From the NCBI GenBank assembly GCA_028715785.1, contig JAQURC010000001.1:140766-204765 (forward strand): 64,000 nt of DNA, given 5' to 3'. Below are positions 9,784-19,561 of the stretch, one piece after another (within the stretch, counting starts at the first letter, position 1; the number at the start of each line of letters is the position of its first letter). Made by a program: the position numbers and the translations under genes. Origin of the DNA: Candidatus Omnitrophota bacterium (GTDB taxonomy: Bacteria > Omnitrophota > Gorgyraeia > Gygaellales > Profunditerraquicolaceae). Under the pieces are notes generated by a model that worked only from the letters and a program-made list of their open reading frames with translations, was not told where the DNA came from and made no database searches.

Positions 9784-11076
9784 ATGGAAAAACAGAGAAC
9801 AATCGCCAAGGAAATTCAGCTTAAAGGCATTGGTATCCATACGGGCAATAAGGTTAATATTGCTCTTAAGCCGGCTCCGGCAGACAGCGGCGTAGTTTTT
9901 ATCCGCACGGATATTCCAGGGGCCCCCAGGATAAAGGCCAATGTGGAATTTTTACTGGCGCAGAAATTAAGCCGGCGTTCTTCCATCGGAAACGGCCAGG
10001 CAGAGGTGCAGACTGTAGAGCATCTTATGGCCGCATTATCCAGCTTGGGGATAGATAATATCAATATCCAGATGGATAATAACGAGCTTCCCGGTTTAGA
10101 CGGCAGCGCCAGTGGTTTTGTCGAGGCGCTGGAAAAGGCCGGGATAGCTCAACAGGAAAAAGAAAAATATGTTTATACCGTTAATGCGCCCATCAGTATC
10201 CAGGAAGGGGCAAGTTCGATTACGATCCTGCCGTCTAAAGAGTTTAAGGTTTCCTATACTTTAAGCTACGACCATCCCCTGCTTGAGTCGCAGTTTTTCG
10301 AGGTGGCGGTTAACCCGGAGTCTTTTAAGAAAGAGATTGCCCCGGCGCGGACTTTCTGCATGGAGAGCGAAGCCCGCCAATTGCAAGACCAGGGCTTGGG
10401 CCTGGGGGCCAATTATGAAAATACCCTGGTCGTCGGCACCGAGGGGGTAATTAAAAATAAGCTCAGGTTCAAGGATGAGTTTGTCAGGCATAAGATCCTG
10501 GACTTAATCGGCGATCTTTATTTGGCGGGTTGTCCGATTTGCGGCCATGTGATCGCGATAAAAAGCGGGCATTCTTTGAATCTCAAGATCGCCCAGAAAA
10601 TCTATGAGCAAAGAGCAAAAACACAAGGAGCTGCCGATATGAAAGAGGTCCTGGATGCTAACGAGATTATGAAGATTTTGCCGCACCGCCAGCCATTTTT
10701 GTTTGTCGACCGGGTTACCCATTTGGAAAAAGGCAAGCGGGCAGTCGGCATTAAAAACGTGACCATGAACGATTATTTTTTCCAGGGGCATTTTCCGGGC
10801 CGTCCGGTTATGCCGGGAGTGCTTATTTTAGAGGCGATGGCCCAGGTCGGCGGAGTGATGATGCTGGCCAGCGAGGAGAACCGCGGGAAATTAGCGTTTT
10901 TTATGGCCATCGATAACGCAAAGTTCAGGAAGACGGTTGTCCCCGGGGACCAATTGGTTTTTGAAGTAGAGGCGGGAAAAATGCGTTCAAAGATCGGCTC
11001 GGTGCATGGCAAGGCATTGGTAGACGGCAAAGTTGTCGCCGAAGCCGATTTAATGTTCGCCTTGGTAGAGGATTAA
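9784..11076 (+). CDS. lpxC-fabZ: Bifunctional LpxC deacetylase / FabZ dehydratase fusion
   Basis: N-terminal half has LpxC motifs ([25 protein letters not shown]). C-terminal half is the FabZ hot-dog ([29 protein letters not shown]). 430 aa. Confidence 0.85.
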   Translation: MEKQRTIAKEIQLKGIGIHTGNKVNIALKPAPADSGVVFIRTDIPGAPRIKANVEFLLAQKLSRRSSIGNGQAEVQTVEHLMAALSSLGIDNINIQMDNNELPGLDGSASGFVEALEKAGIAQQEKEKYVYTVNAPISIQEGASSITILPSKEFKVSYTLSYDHPLLESQFFEVAVNPESFKKEIAPARTFCMESEARQLQDQGLGLGANYENTLVVGTEGVIKNKLRFKDEFVRHKILDLIGDLYLAGCPICGHVIAIKSGHSLNLKIAQKIYEQRAKTQGAADMKEVLDANEIMKILPHRQPFLFVDRVTHLEKGKRAVGIKNVTMNDYFFQGHFPGRPVMPGVLILEAMAQVGGVMMLASEENRGKLAFFMAIDNAKFRKTVVPGDQLVFEVEAGKMRSKIGSVHGKALVDGKVVAEADLMFALVED

Positions 11077-11078
11077 TT

Positions 11079-11861
11079 ATGCAGGTACACCCTTCAGCGA
11101 TAGTTTCTCCGAAAGCAAAATTAGCATCGGGGGTAAGTGTCGGTCCCTTTAGCATAATCGGCGATAATGTCGCTATCGGCGCCGATACCAAGATCGGCGC
11201 GCATTGTGTCGTCGAAGGAAATACCACTGTCGGCGGAGGTTGTGAAATATTCACCGGAGCGGTAATCGGCAGCCGTCCGCAAGACCTTAAATTCAAAGGC
11301 GAAAAAGTATTCTTGGAGATCGGCAACAATAATATTATCCGCGAGTATTGCACGCTTAATCCGGGGACAAAAGAAGGGGCAAAAACAATCATCGGCGATA
11401 ATAATTTACTTATGGCTTATTCGCATATCGCTCACGATTGCCGGGTCGGCAACGGGTGTGTTTTGGCCAATAACTGCACCCTGGCCGGCCATGTTACCAT
11501 TGAAGATATGGTAGTTATCGGCGGCATAGTCGCCATACATCAGTTTGTGCGTATTGGCATGCTTTCGATTACCGGAGGATGTTCTAAGGTTGTCCAGGAT
11601 ATTCCTCCGTTTTCTACCTGCGACGGCCATCCGGCGCGCGTCTACGGTTTGAATCTTATCGGTTTAAGGCGCAAAGGCATTTCCAACGCCTCCATCAAAC
11701 AGCTTGATCAAGCGTTTAAAATGATCTTTAATTCCGGATTATCCGTAAAGCACGCCGTCGAAAAAGCGGAAAAAGAGCTGGAGAAAAGCCAGGAGATAAC
11801 TTATCTGGTTAATTTCGCTAAAAACTCTGAGCGCGGTTTGACCCGCTCTTGTAAAAAATAG
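11079..11861 (+). CDS. lpxA: Acyl-ACP–UDP-GlcNAc O-acyltransferase
   Basis: MQVHPSAIVSPKAKL plus hexapeptide repeats; 260 aa. Confidence 0.85.
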   Translation: MQVHPSAIVSPKAKLASGVSVGPFSIIGDNVAIGADTKIGAHCVVEGNTTVGGGCEIFTGAVIGSRPQDLKFKGEKVFLEIGNNNIIREYCTLNPGTKEGAKTIIGDNNLLMAYSHIAHDCRVGNGCVLANNCTLAGHVTIEDMVVIGGIVAIHQFVRIGMLSITGGCSKVVQDIPPFSTCDGHPARVYGLNLIGLRRKGISNASIKQLDQAFKMIFNSGLSVKHAVEKAEKELEKSQEITYLVNFAKNSERGLTRSCKK

Positions 11862-11883
11862 AACCGCCCCCTGGATTTCCAAT

Positions 11884-12687
11884 ATGAAAAAAATCGGTTT
11901 AATCGCCGGAAACAAAAAATTCCCCCTGCTTTTTGCCGCCGCCGCCCGCAAAAAAGGCTGCGCAATCGTCGCTATCGCCATTAAAGGCGATACCTCCCCA
12001 AAACTAAAGAAACTGGTCGATAAAATATACTGGATCGGCCTGCCTGAATTTCAGAAGATCTTTGAGATATTTAAATCCGAAGCGATAGAGGGCGTGGTCA
12101 TGGCCGGACAAATCAGCCCGCACAGGTTATTCAGTAAAGAGATTAATAAAAGCCCGGAATTAAAACAGATTTTAGAGAGCCTAAAAGACAAAAAGACGGA
12201 TACATTATTCGGGGCGGTGGCGCAAAAATTGGAAGCCGCCGGATTTTCTCTTTTGGATTCAACGACCTTTATGGAGGAGTATCTGCCTGAAAAAGGCGCG
12301 CTGACCAAACATCAGCCGGATTTTAATACCTGGGAGGATGTTTATTTTGGCCTAAAACTGGCTAAGGCAGTAGCCAGCTTAGATATCGGCCAGGCGGTGG
12401 CGGTGAAAAGCAAGGCCATAGTTGCGGTTGAGGCTTTCGAAGGGACGGATAATTTGATCCGGCGGGCAGGCAAGATCGGATGCGGCAGGATTGTTATCGT
12501 TAAGGTAAGCAAGCCCAGGCAGGACATGCGTTTTGATATTCCGGTTATCGGGTTAAATACCATAAAAAACCTGGCCAAGGCCAGGGCCAGGTGCCTGGCG
12601 TTTGAGGCAGGCAAAACACTTTTTATCGACAGAGAAGAAAGTATCCGGCTGGCGGATAAAAAGGGTATCTCGATAGTTGCCGTGTAA
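11884..12687 (+). CDS. lpxI: LpxI-family UDP-2,3-diacylglucosamine hydrolase (DUF1009)
   Basis: MKKIGLIAGNKKFPLL..., and position immediately after lpxA where lpxI normally sits. Confidence 0.65.
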   Translation: MKKIGLIAGNKKFPLLFAAAARKKGCAIVAIAIKGDTSPKLKKLVDKIYWIGLPEFQKIFEIFKSEAIEGVVMAGQISPHRLFSKEINKSPELKQILESLKDKKTDTLFGAVAQKLEAAGFSLLDSTTFMEEYLPEKGALTKHQPDFNTWEDVYFGLKLAKAVASLDIGQAVAVKSKAIVAVEAFEGTDNLIRRAGKIGCGRIVIVKVSKPRQDMRFDIPVIGLNTIKNLAKARARCLAFEAGKTLFIDREESIRLADKKGISIVAV

Positions 12688-12703
12688 AGAATCAAGGGGA
12701 CGG

Positions 12704-12745
12704 TTCTCTGTTTTAGAGAACCGTCCCCTATATTTTTCTTGACAG
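12704..12745 (+). terminator. Rho-independent terminator after lpxI
   Basis: GGGGACGGTTCTCT / AGAGAACCGTCCCC stem followed by TATATTTTT. Confidence 0.55.
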
Positions 12746-12837
12746 CGGCTGTTTGTAGTGCCAGAATAGTATAACTAATACCCCGCGCTTATAAGGTATT
12801 GCGCGGGTATGCCCATTGTGGGCAGAAGGAGGGAGAT

Positions 12838-13116
12838 ATGCCACGGACAGCATCTGGAACAAAACCAACGGAGTTTAAGCTATATGCCCCTGGGGCTAAA
12901 AAGGTTACGGTTGCCGGAAGTTTCAATAAATGGGATGCCAAGAAATTGGCGGCCAAGAAAGATAGCAAGGGTAATTGGCTGGCAAAGGTAGCCCTTACGC
13001 CGGGCAGGTACGAGTATAAATTTGTCGTGGATGAAAACTGGACAAATGACCCCCGCTGCACCTCTTGCGTAACCAACCCGCTGGGGTCGCAAAACTCTGT
13101 AATTGAGGTTAAATAA
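12838..13116 (+). CDS. Small CBM48 / AMPK-beta glycogen-binding-domain-like protein
   Basis: FKLYAPGAKKVTVAGSFNKWD....GNWLAKVALTPGRYEYKFVVDENWTNDP matches the AMPK1_CBM/CBM48 fold signature. Ribosome-binding site AGGAGGGAG before the ATG at 12838. Confidence 0.55.
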   Translation: MPRTASGTKPTEFKLYAPGAKKVTVAGSFNKWDAKKLAAKKDSKGNWLAKVALTPGRYEYKFVVDENWTNDPRCTSCVTNPLGSQNSVIEVK

Positions 13117-13184
13117 TTTAACCTTTTTATTGATTAGAAAGTTAACTTTAGGGCGCTGCTTATTAAGTAGCGCCCTATCAATTT

Positions 13185-13904
13185 ATGAAATATATCTACG
13201 GGCCGATAAAATCGCGCCGGCTGGGGCTTTCCTTGGGCTTGAGCTTAAGCCCTGATAAAATATGCAACCTGGATTGTATCTATTGCCAATGGGGCTCTGT
13301 CGGCAAGACTTTTGCGGAAAGAAAAAAATACGCCAGCGCCGATAAAATCATCTCCGAGTTAAAATCCTGGATCCAAAACAATCCCCAAGAATTTAAAGAG
13401 CTCAAATTCGTCACCCTTTCCGGTTTAGGCGAGCCGACGCTAAATACTTGTATCGGGGAACTGATCGATCAGGTAAAGGCACTTACCGGATGCCGCATCG
13501 CTGTAATCACTAATTCCGCGCTTCTGGGGGATCCCTTGGTGCGTAAAGGGATTTTGAAAGCGGATTTAATCGTTCCTTCCCTGGATGCGGTTGACCCGCG
13601 GATCTTTAAGCAGATTGACCGGCCTGATGCGGCTGTAAAATTAAATGAAATTATCGACGGCCTGATTGCTTTAAGGAAAGAATTTCACGGTAAGATCTGG
13701 CTTGAGATAATGCTGGTTGCCGGGATCAATGACGATTTTGGCCATATCGAGAAATTAAAGAATGTTATCCAGCGTATCAATCCGGATAAAATCCAGCTTA
13801 ATTCCCCGGTGCGCTCAACCGCCGAAAAAAACGTCTTTGCCGTTGAGCGGGGCAGATTAGAGAAGATAAAAGAGGTCCTGGGAGATAAAGCGGAGATTGT
13901 TTAG
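13185..13904 (+). CDS. Radical SAM domain protein
   Basis: CNLDCIYCQ (CxxxCxxC) near the N-terminus, and the G-rich SGLGEPTL SAM motif. Specific family not resolved. Confidence 0.65.
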   Translation: MKYIYGPIKSRRLGLSLGLSLSPDKICNLDCIYCQWGSVGKTFAERKKYASADKIISELKSWIQNNPQEFKELKFVTLSGLGEPTLNTCIGELIDQVKALTGCRIAVITNSALLGDPLVRKGILKADLIVPSLDAVDPRIFKQIDRPDAAVKLNEIIDGLIALRKEFHGKIWLEIMLVAGINDDFGHIEKLKNVIQRINPDKIQLNSPVRSTAEKNVFAVERGRLEKIKEVLGDKAEIV

Positions 13905-13927
13905 GATTTCGCGCCAGCCTATATTGC

Positions 13928-14001
13928 GCGCCTGTAGCTCAACTGGATAGAGCATCAGTCTTCGGAACTGATTGTTGCTGGTTCGACCCCAGCCAGGCGC
14001 A
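13928..14001 (+). tRNA. tRNA-Arg(TCG)
   Basis: Cloverleaf hand-folded: acceptor GCGCCTG/CAGGCGC, anticodon loop CTTCGGA, T-loop GTTCGAC; no encoded CCA. Confidence 0.75.
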
Positions 14002-14056
14002 TATTTGCATATTGAATTTTATTAATTTTTAAGGTAAAATAAACAAACTGATTTTT

Positions 14057-14129
14057 GGGCCATTAGCTCAATTGGCAGAGCAGGACACTCTTAATGTCAA
14101 GGTCGGTGGTTCGACTCCACCATGGCCCA
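14057..14129 (+). tRNA. tRNA-Lys(CTT)
   Basis: Acceptor GGGCCAT/ATGGCCC, anticodon loop CTCTTAA, T-arm GGTGGTTCGACTCCACC. Confidence 0.75.
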
Positions 14130-14151
14130 TTTTTTTCTACTTAAAAACCCG

Positions 14152-14568
14152 ATGAAGAATTATGAAGTATTAGAGCATACCGCCGATATCGGTATCAGGG
14201 TAAAATCCTCATCCTTAGAAGGTTTATTTAAGAGCGCTGGCCTGGCCCTAGTCGAGCTTTGCGCAAAAAAACAAAAAAATCAATTTCCGGAAAAACATAA
14301 ATTCGTAATTACGCAAAAAGCAGCTAATGTCGAGGAGCTTTTTATCAATTGGCTTAATGAATTATTGTCATTATCTTCCGCGGAGGCGCTTATTTTTGAA
14401 GATATTAAAATAAATCAGATCAACGAGCAGTTTGTCGACGCTATCGCCACAGGAACCGATAGCAGGAATTACAAGACCAACGTCGAGATCAAGGCAGCAA
14501 CCTACCATCAGCTTAAAGTCCAAAAAGTCAAATCTCACTGGCAGGCAGAAGTAATTTTTGACGTCTAA
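14152..14568 (+). CDS. Archease (RtcB activator)
   Basis: EHTADIGIRV signature; about 138 aa; immediately upstream of rtcB. The start was moved to the Met at 14152 so it does not overlap the tRNA. Confidence 0.8.
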   Translation: MKNYEVLEHTADIGIRVKSSSLEGLFKSAGLALVELCAKKQKNQFPEKHKFVITQKAANVEELFINWLNELLSLSSAEALIFEDIKINQINEQFVDAIATGTDSRNYKTNVEIKAATYHQLKVQKVKSHWQAEVIFDV

Positions 14569-14576
14569 GGGTTAAA

Positions 14577-16031
14577 ATGCCCGATCATATCCAATTAGAA
14601 AAAATCGATGATTACCGTTGGCGTATTCCCAAAAGCTATAAGCCGGGGATGCGGGTGCCCGGGTTGATTTATGCCAATGAAAAATTATTAGAGAGTATTT
14701 ATAAGGATAAAGCTTTGGAGCAGGTGGCCAATGTGGCGTTTTTGCCCGGAATTGTAAAATATTCCCTGGCCATGCCTGATATCCACTGGGGGTACGGCAT
14801 GCCCATAGGAGGAGTAGCTGCTACAGATATTGATAATGGGGGTGTTGTAGGAGCTGGTCTTGTTGGTTATGACATTAACTGCGGCGTCAGATTAGTTAAA
14901 ACAAATCTGCAATATGATGATGTTAAAGACAAGCTTGAAGATTTAACTAATCGTTTATTTTCCGATGTTCCCGCCGGAGTCGGCTCTGAAGGCAATATCA
15001 AGGTAGGGGCCAAAGAAGAGAAGCAGATATTATTAAAAGGTTCCCGCTGGGCGGTAGAAAACGGATTTGGCACAGAGGATGACCTTGAATGTACCGAAGA
15101 AAACGGCGCGATCCCGGGGGCGGATCCTGAAGCGGTTTCCGAGCGCGCTTTTCAAAGAGGAAAAGCCCAATCAGGCACCCTGGGTTCGGGAAATCATTTT
15201 TTAGAGGTGCAGGTAATCGATCAGCTTTATGACCGGGAGGCTTGCGATACGCTGGGCCTGAATTTAGGCCAGGTGATGGTAATGATCCATTCCGGCTCGC
15301 GCGGATTTGGCTACCAGATTTGCGAGGATTACGCGCGCAAGATGGTCGAAATTTTACCAAAATATAAAATAAACGTTCCCGACAGGCAATTGGCTTGCGC
15401 TCCGGTTAACTCCAGCGAAGGTAAAGCTTATTTGGGGGCAATGCGTTGCGCGGCAAACTATGCCTGGGCAAACCGCCAATGTCTGATGCATTTAGCCCGT
15501 CAGGCGTTTGAGAAAGTTTTTGGTTTATCCTGGCAAAAGCTGGGGATGTTTTTGATTTATGATGTTGCCCATAACATCGCCAAGATCGAAAAGCATGAGG
15601 TTGACGGGCTAAAGAAAAATCTTTGCGTGCATCGTAAGGGCGCCACGCGCGCCTTTGGCCCGGGGGATCCGGCAATACCGCAAAGGTATCGAAAAATCGG
15701 CCAGCCGGTAATTATCCCGGGAGATATGGGCAGGAATTCATATTTGCTGGTGGGCACGCAGAAGGCAATGGAGGAGACTTTTGGCAGCACTTGTCATGGA
15801 GCGGGCCGGCTGATGTCGCGCACCGCCTCGGCCAAATCTACCAGCGCAGATATGTTGTTGAAAGAATTAAGATCTAAAGGTATAATAGTGAAAGCTTCCG
15901 GCCGTAAAACCGTCGTCGAAGAAGCGCCAAAGGCATATAAAGACGTCAATGAGGTGGTCGATGTGGTGCACAACGCCGGAATCGGCAAGCGTGTCTGCCG
16001 GATGCGGCCGCTGGGCGTGGTTAAAGGATAA
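14577..16031 (+). CDS. rtcB: RNA 3'-phosphate ligase RtcB
   Basis: 484 aa; [20 protein letters not shown] motifs. Confidence 0.9.
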   Translation: MPDHIQLEKIDDYRWRIPKSYKPGMRVPGLIYANEKLLESIYKDKALEQVANVAFLPGIVKYSLAMPDIHWGYGMPIGGVAATDIDNGGVVGAGLVGYDINCGVRLVKTNLQYDDVKDKLEDLTNRLFSDVPAGVGSEGNIKVGAKEEKQILLKGSRWAVENGFGTEDDLECTEENGAIPGADPEAVSERAFQRGKAQSGTLGSGNHFLEVQVIDQLYDREACDTLGLNLGQVMVMIHSGSRGFGYQICEDYARKMVEILPKYKINVPDRQLACAPVNSSEGKAYLGAMRCAANYAWANRQCLMHLARQAFEKVFGLSWQKLGMFLIYDVAHNIAKIEKHEVDGLKKNLCVHRKGATRAFGPGDPAIPQRYRKIGQPVIIPGDMGRNSYLLVGTQKAMEETFGSTCHGAGRLMSRTASAKSTSADMLLKELRSKGIIVKASGRKTVVEEAPKAYKDVNEVVDVVHNAGIGKRVCRMRPLGVVKG

Positions 16032-16033
16032 AA

Positions 16034-17302
16034 ATGTTAGATATAAAATTTATCAGAGAAAATCAGGAATTGGTCAAGAACTCGATCAAGAATCGCGCCT
16101 TGAAAATTGACATTGATGGCCTGATTAAAATCGATGATGAGCGCCGCAAGGCATTGGCGGAGTTTGAAGAGCTGGCTTCTAAGCGCAATAAAGCCAATGA
16201 TGAGATAGGTGTTCTTTTAAAAGAAAAGAAAGACGCAAAAAGTAAAATCTCGTCGATGAAAGAGATTTCAAAGCGCATCGGGGAGCTGGAAGCCCAAATA
16301 AAAGAGAAGGAAGGACAGTTAAATAAACTGCTTTTAAATATCCCCAATGTCGCCCATGCTTCCTTACCAATCGGAGACGCTTCCCAGAATAAAGTTGTGC
16401 GCAGCTGGGGGGAGCCCGGAAAATTTAATTTTAAACCGCTTAGCCATATCGAGATCTGCCAGGATTTGGATATTATAGATTTTAACCGCGCGACCAAAAT
16501 CACCGGTTCCAATTTCATTCTTTTTAAAGGCTGGGGGGCAAAATTAGAACGGGCGCTGATTAATTTTATGCTGGACCTGCATACGGACAAGCACGGTTAC
16601 ACGGAAATTTTCCCGCCGTTTTTAGTCAACCGCGCTTCGATGCTGGGCACCGGGCAGCTGCCGAAACTGGAAGAGGATATGTATAAATTAAAAGATGATG
16701 ATCTTTTCCTGATTCCCACGGCGGAGGTTCCGGTAACCAATATCTTCCGCGATGAAATACTGGAAGAAGAAAAACTGCCGATTTATTATACTGCCTATAC
16801 GGCATGCTTCAGGAGAGAGGCGGGTTCTTATGGCAAAGATACCCGGGGCCTGTCTCGCGTGCACGAATTCGATAAGATCGAGATGGTTAAATTTGTTAGG
16901 CCGGAAGAATCTTTTGATGAATTGGAAAAACTGGTAGCTAATGCCGAAGAGGTCTTACAGCTTTTGGAGCTGCCTTACCGGGTGGCCGTACTTGCCACGC
17001 AGGATTTGAGTTTTGCCGCCGGCAAATGCTATGATCTGGAGGTATATAGCGCCGGGGCCGATAAATGGCTTGAGGTATCCAGCTGCAGTAATTTCGAAAG
17101 TTTCCAGGCCCGCCGGGCAAATATCAGGTTCCGCCGTAAAGAGGGGAAAAAAGTTGAATTTGTACATACTCTCAACGGTTCAGGGGTAGCTTTGGCGCGC
17201 ACGGTTATCGCGATATTAGAAAATTATCAACAGGAGGATGGCTCGGTATTGATCCCTAAAATACTGCAGCCATATTTAAATGGCCAAAAAAGAATTTCCT
17301 GA
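16034..17302 (+). CDS. serS: Seryl-tRNA synthetase
   Basis: N-terminal coiled-coil arm ([14 protein letters not shown]...), class II motifs ([24 protein letters not shown]); 422 aa. Confidence 0.9.
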   Translation: MLDIKFIRENQELVKNSIKNRALKIDIDGLIKIDDERRKALAEFEELASKRNKANDEIGVLLKEKKDAKSKISSMKEISKRIGELEAQIKEKEGQLNKLLLNIPNVAHASLPIGDASQNKVVRSWGEPGKFNFKPLSHIEICQDLDIIDFNRATKITGSNFILFKGWGAKLERALINFMLDLHTDKHGYTEIFPPFLVNRASMLGTGQLPKLEEDMYKLKDDDLFLIPTAEVPVTNIFRDEILEEEKLPIYYTAYTACFRREAGSYGKDTRGLSRVHEFDKIEMVKFVRPEESFDELEKLVANAEEVLQLLELPYRVAVLATQDLSFAAGKCYDLEVYSAGADKWLEVSSCSNFESFQARRANIRFRRKEGKKVEFVHTLNGSGVALARTVIAILENYQQEDGSVLIPKILQPYLNGQKRIS

Positions 17303-17996
17303 AAAATTAGCGCCGAAAGGCAAAGAAGGCCCCGCGCAAAATGATTTTGGCGCAGGGCTTTCCGGAGATTTTTCCAGCAAGATGTCCGGATTATCCAGTA
17401 AGCTTTTTGGATTAGTTAAAGTTCTTTTAGCGGTGCTTATCCTGCCGTTTGTTTATTCATCCGTCATCTCTTTCCTGAATGAATTCGCGCAGGTTGATAA
17501 ATACCTTCAGCAAATTTTCTGGAACGGGACAATTACTTTTTTGGCAGTCTATCTATTTGTCTGGGAGCCGGTAATAATTTATAATCGAGGACATAAGCTT
17601 TTGGAGATTATGTTTAGTTTCTTCAAGCCGATGGTTAATGTGGCGCCATTTCTATTACCCATATACACGATCTTGTTTTTTATTATTTACGGCCTGTTAT
17701 CGCTGGGGATTAAGGACAGTTGGTTGATTGAATACACGCTTTTTTTGATTGGATTTAGCTCTATCTTACATTTGACTTTTTCGGCTAAGACGATTCGTTC
17801 TAAAAAAGGGGATTTCTTAAAGGCAAATTACATTTTCGGTTTTTCGTTCATTTTTATCCTGAATATCGCCTTGCTTGCCTTTGGCTTTAGCCTTATTTTT
17901 TCCAAGTTCTCATTCGTTAATTTCTGCAACATCTCCTTTGACATAGCTAAGAGTATATTTTACGCTGTTTTTAAACAACTTTTTATTTTTAAATAA
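17280..17996 (+). CDS. Hypothetical polytopic membrane protein
   Basis: Several predicted TM helices, no recognisable motif. Overlaps the serS 3' end, so the true start may be the internal Met near 17382. Confidence 0.4.
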   Translation: MAKKEFPEKLAPKGKEGPAQNDFGAGLSGDFSSKMSGLSSKLFGLVKVLLAVLILPFVYSSVISFLNEFAQVDKYLQQIFWNGTITFLAVYLFVWEPVIIYNRGHKLLEIMFSFFKPMVNVAPFLLPIYTILFFIIYGLLSLGIKDSWLIEYTLFLIGFSSILHLTFSAKTIRSKKGDFLKANYIFGFSFIFILNIALLAFGFSLIFSKFSFVNFCNISFDIAKSIFYAVFKQLFIFK

Positions 17997-18003
17997 AGAA
18001 TTT

Positions 18004-18093
18004 GGAGAGGTCGCATAGGCTGGTCGATTGCACCGGTCTTGAAAACCGGAAGGGGACTTGTTCCCCTCGCGAGTTCGAATCTCGCCCTCTCCG
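18004..18093 (+). tRNA. tRNA-Ser(TGA)
   Basis: Acceptor GGAGAGG/CCTCTCC, anticodon loop CTTGAAA, long variable arm GGGGACTTGTTCCCC, T-arm GCGAGTTCGAATCTCGC. Confidence 0.75.
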
Positions 18094-18118
18094 TTTATTT
18101 TTTAATTTTAAAGGTGCT

Positions 18119-19156
18119 ATGGCAGAGCAGATTAAAAATAAAAGGGTAAAATTTCCCGAAGGTAAACAGAAATTGTTTATCGCAAACGTTAGTAAGAGAT
18201 TAAACTTAGGACGGGATAAGCTGTCTAAAATTTTTAATATAAGCAGGCGGACATTAAGTGATTGGTGCAGAGAAAAATCTACTATGAATTATAAAGCTCT
18301 TTTAGATTTGTATGTTAATTGTAATATACCAATTCCAAAAGAAATTAAGATTTTACCACAATTTTGGTACGTTAAGAAAGCGGCTAAGCTTGGAGCGTTT
18401 ATGCGGAATAAACTTTACGGAAATTTTGGTACGCCCGAAGGAAGACGGAGGGGTGGCCTTGCTACAATAGAGAAATTTATGCGTAAGCCTGAGCTAGCTA
18501 AGAAATTAGGATTAAGAATTATTAAAGATATAAACCGCCCTAAAAGGGGCTTGCAATTAGCGGAATTTGTGGGTATAGTATTGGGCGATGGAGGACTAAC
18601 AGATTATCAGCTGAAGATTACTTTTAATAGAGACACAGACGCTGAACACGCGGATTTTATGAAAGAGTTGATAAAAAAACTCTTTAAATTAACACCAAAA
18701 ATAATTTCAAAAAAGTTAGATAAAGGAAGTGATATCGCGGTTTATAGTAAGAATTTGGTAGAGTTTTTAGAGAGTAACGGCTTGAAGAGGGGAAATAAAG
18801 TTAAAAATAAAGCAGATATTCCCTTCTGGATAAAAAGGAATAATAATTTTCAATTATCTTGCCTGCGGGGATTGATGGATACCGATGGTTCTTGCTATAC
18901 ATATTCGCATAACGTTAATAAAAAGAGATATTATAATGCCGCGCTTTGTTTCGCTAATGCTTCAGAGCCTTTGCTAAGAAGTGTTTACAATATCTTTGAC
19001 ATGAATGGATATTATCCTTGTATTACCGGCAGGCGTGTTTATGTGTATGGGAAGAATGAAATCGCAAAATATTTTCAAAAAGTAGGCACGCATAATCCTA
19101 AACATTTGCAAAAGTACCAAAAATTTATTAGTCCTAAGAATAACTTGAATAAGTAG
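18119..19156 (+). CDS. Free-standing LAGLIDADG-family homing endonuclease-like protein with an N-terminal HTH region
   Basis: Two dodecapeptide motifs (GIVLGDGGL and LRGLMDTDGSC). ATG at 18119; the upstream part of the track ORF is just tRNA-Ser read-through. Confidence 0.7.
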   Translation: MAEQIKNKRVKFPEGKQKLFIANVSKRLNLGRDKLSKIFNISRRTLSDWCREKSTMNYKALLDLYVNCNIPIPKEIKILPQFWYVKKAAKLGAFMRNKLYGNFGTPEGRRRGGLATIEKFMRKPELAKKLGLRIIKDINRPKRGLQLAEFVGIVLGDGGLTDYQLKITFNRDTDAEHADFMKELIKKLFKLTPKIISKKLDKGSDIAVYSKNLVEFLESNGLKRGNKVKNKADIPFWIKRNNNFQLSCLRGLMDTDGSCYTYSHNVNKKRYYNAALCFANASEPLLRSVYNIFDMNGYYPCITGRRVYVYGKNEIAKYFQKVGTHNPKHLQKYQKFISPKNNLNK

Positions 19157-19161
19157 ATTTT

Positions 19162-19246
19162 GGAAGGATGGGAGAGTGGTTGAATCCAGACGCCTCGAAA
19201 GCGTCCAGGCCGCGAGGCCTCGCAGGTTCGAATCCTGCTCCTTCCG
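19162..19246 (+). tRNA. tRNA-Ser(CGA)
   Basis: Acceptor GGAAGGA/TCCTTCC, anticodon loop CTCGAAA, long variable arm, T-arm GCAGGTTCGAATCCTGC. Confidence 0.75.
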
Positions 19247-19284
19247 CTGTAAGATTTAGCCAAATTTAGTTAAAATTTATTTTT

Positions 19285-19369
19285 GGAGAGGTGGCAGAGT
19301 GGTCGAATGCGCGCGCTTGGAGAGCGCGTGACTCGCAAGGGTCCCAGGGTTCGAATCCCTGCCTCTCCG
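19285..19369 (+). tRNA. tRNA-Ser(GGA), the integration target whose 3' end is repeated downstream
   Basis: Acceptor GGAGAGG/CCTCTCC, anticodon loop TTGGAGA, T-arm AGGGTTCGAATCCCT. The 3' 15–25 nt recur at 33971, 40589 and 43174. Confidence 0.75.
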
Positions 19370-19561
19370 TTGTCTTATTTATGCTAAGCAAAAGCATAGC
19401 AACATATACCCGCCAAAATTACCGCAACTCCTATTAAAATCAGTTAGTTACATTGCAGGAAAAGCAAAGCCATTTCAAGATATGACAATATCTCTGGAAT
19501 GGCTTTTTTTGCTTTCTGGTGGTGTTTTGGTGGTGTTTTTGGTGAAAGACCAGTGAGAAGG

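Noticed and set aside
18002-18118. N-terminal 39 codons of the track ORF 18002..19156
   Set aside because: This stretch is tRNA-Ser(TGA) read in frame. The real LAGLIDADG gene starts at the ATG at 18119.
19075-19263. 62-aa minus-strand ORF
   Set aside because: It is the antisense of tRNA-Ser(CGA) and its flanks.
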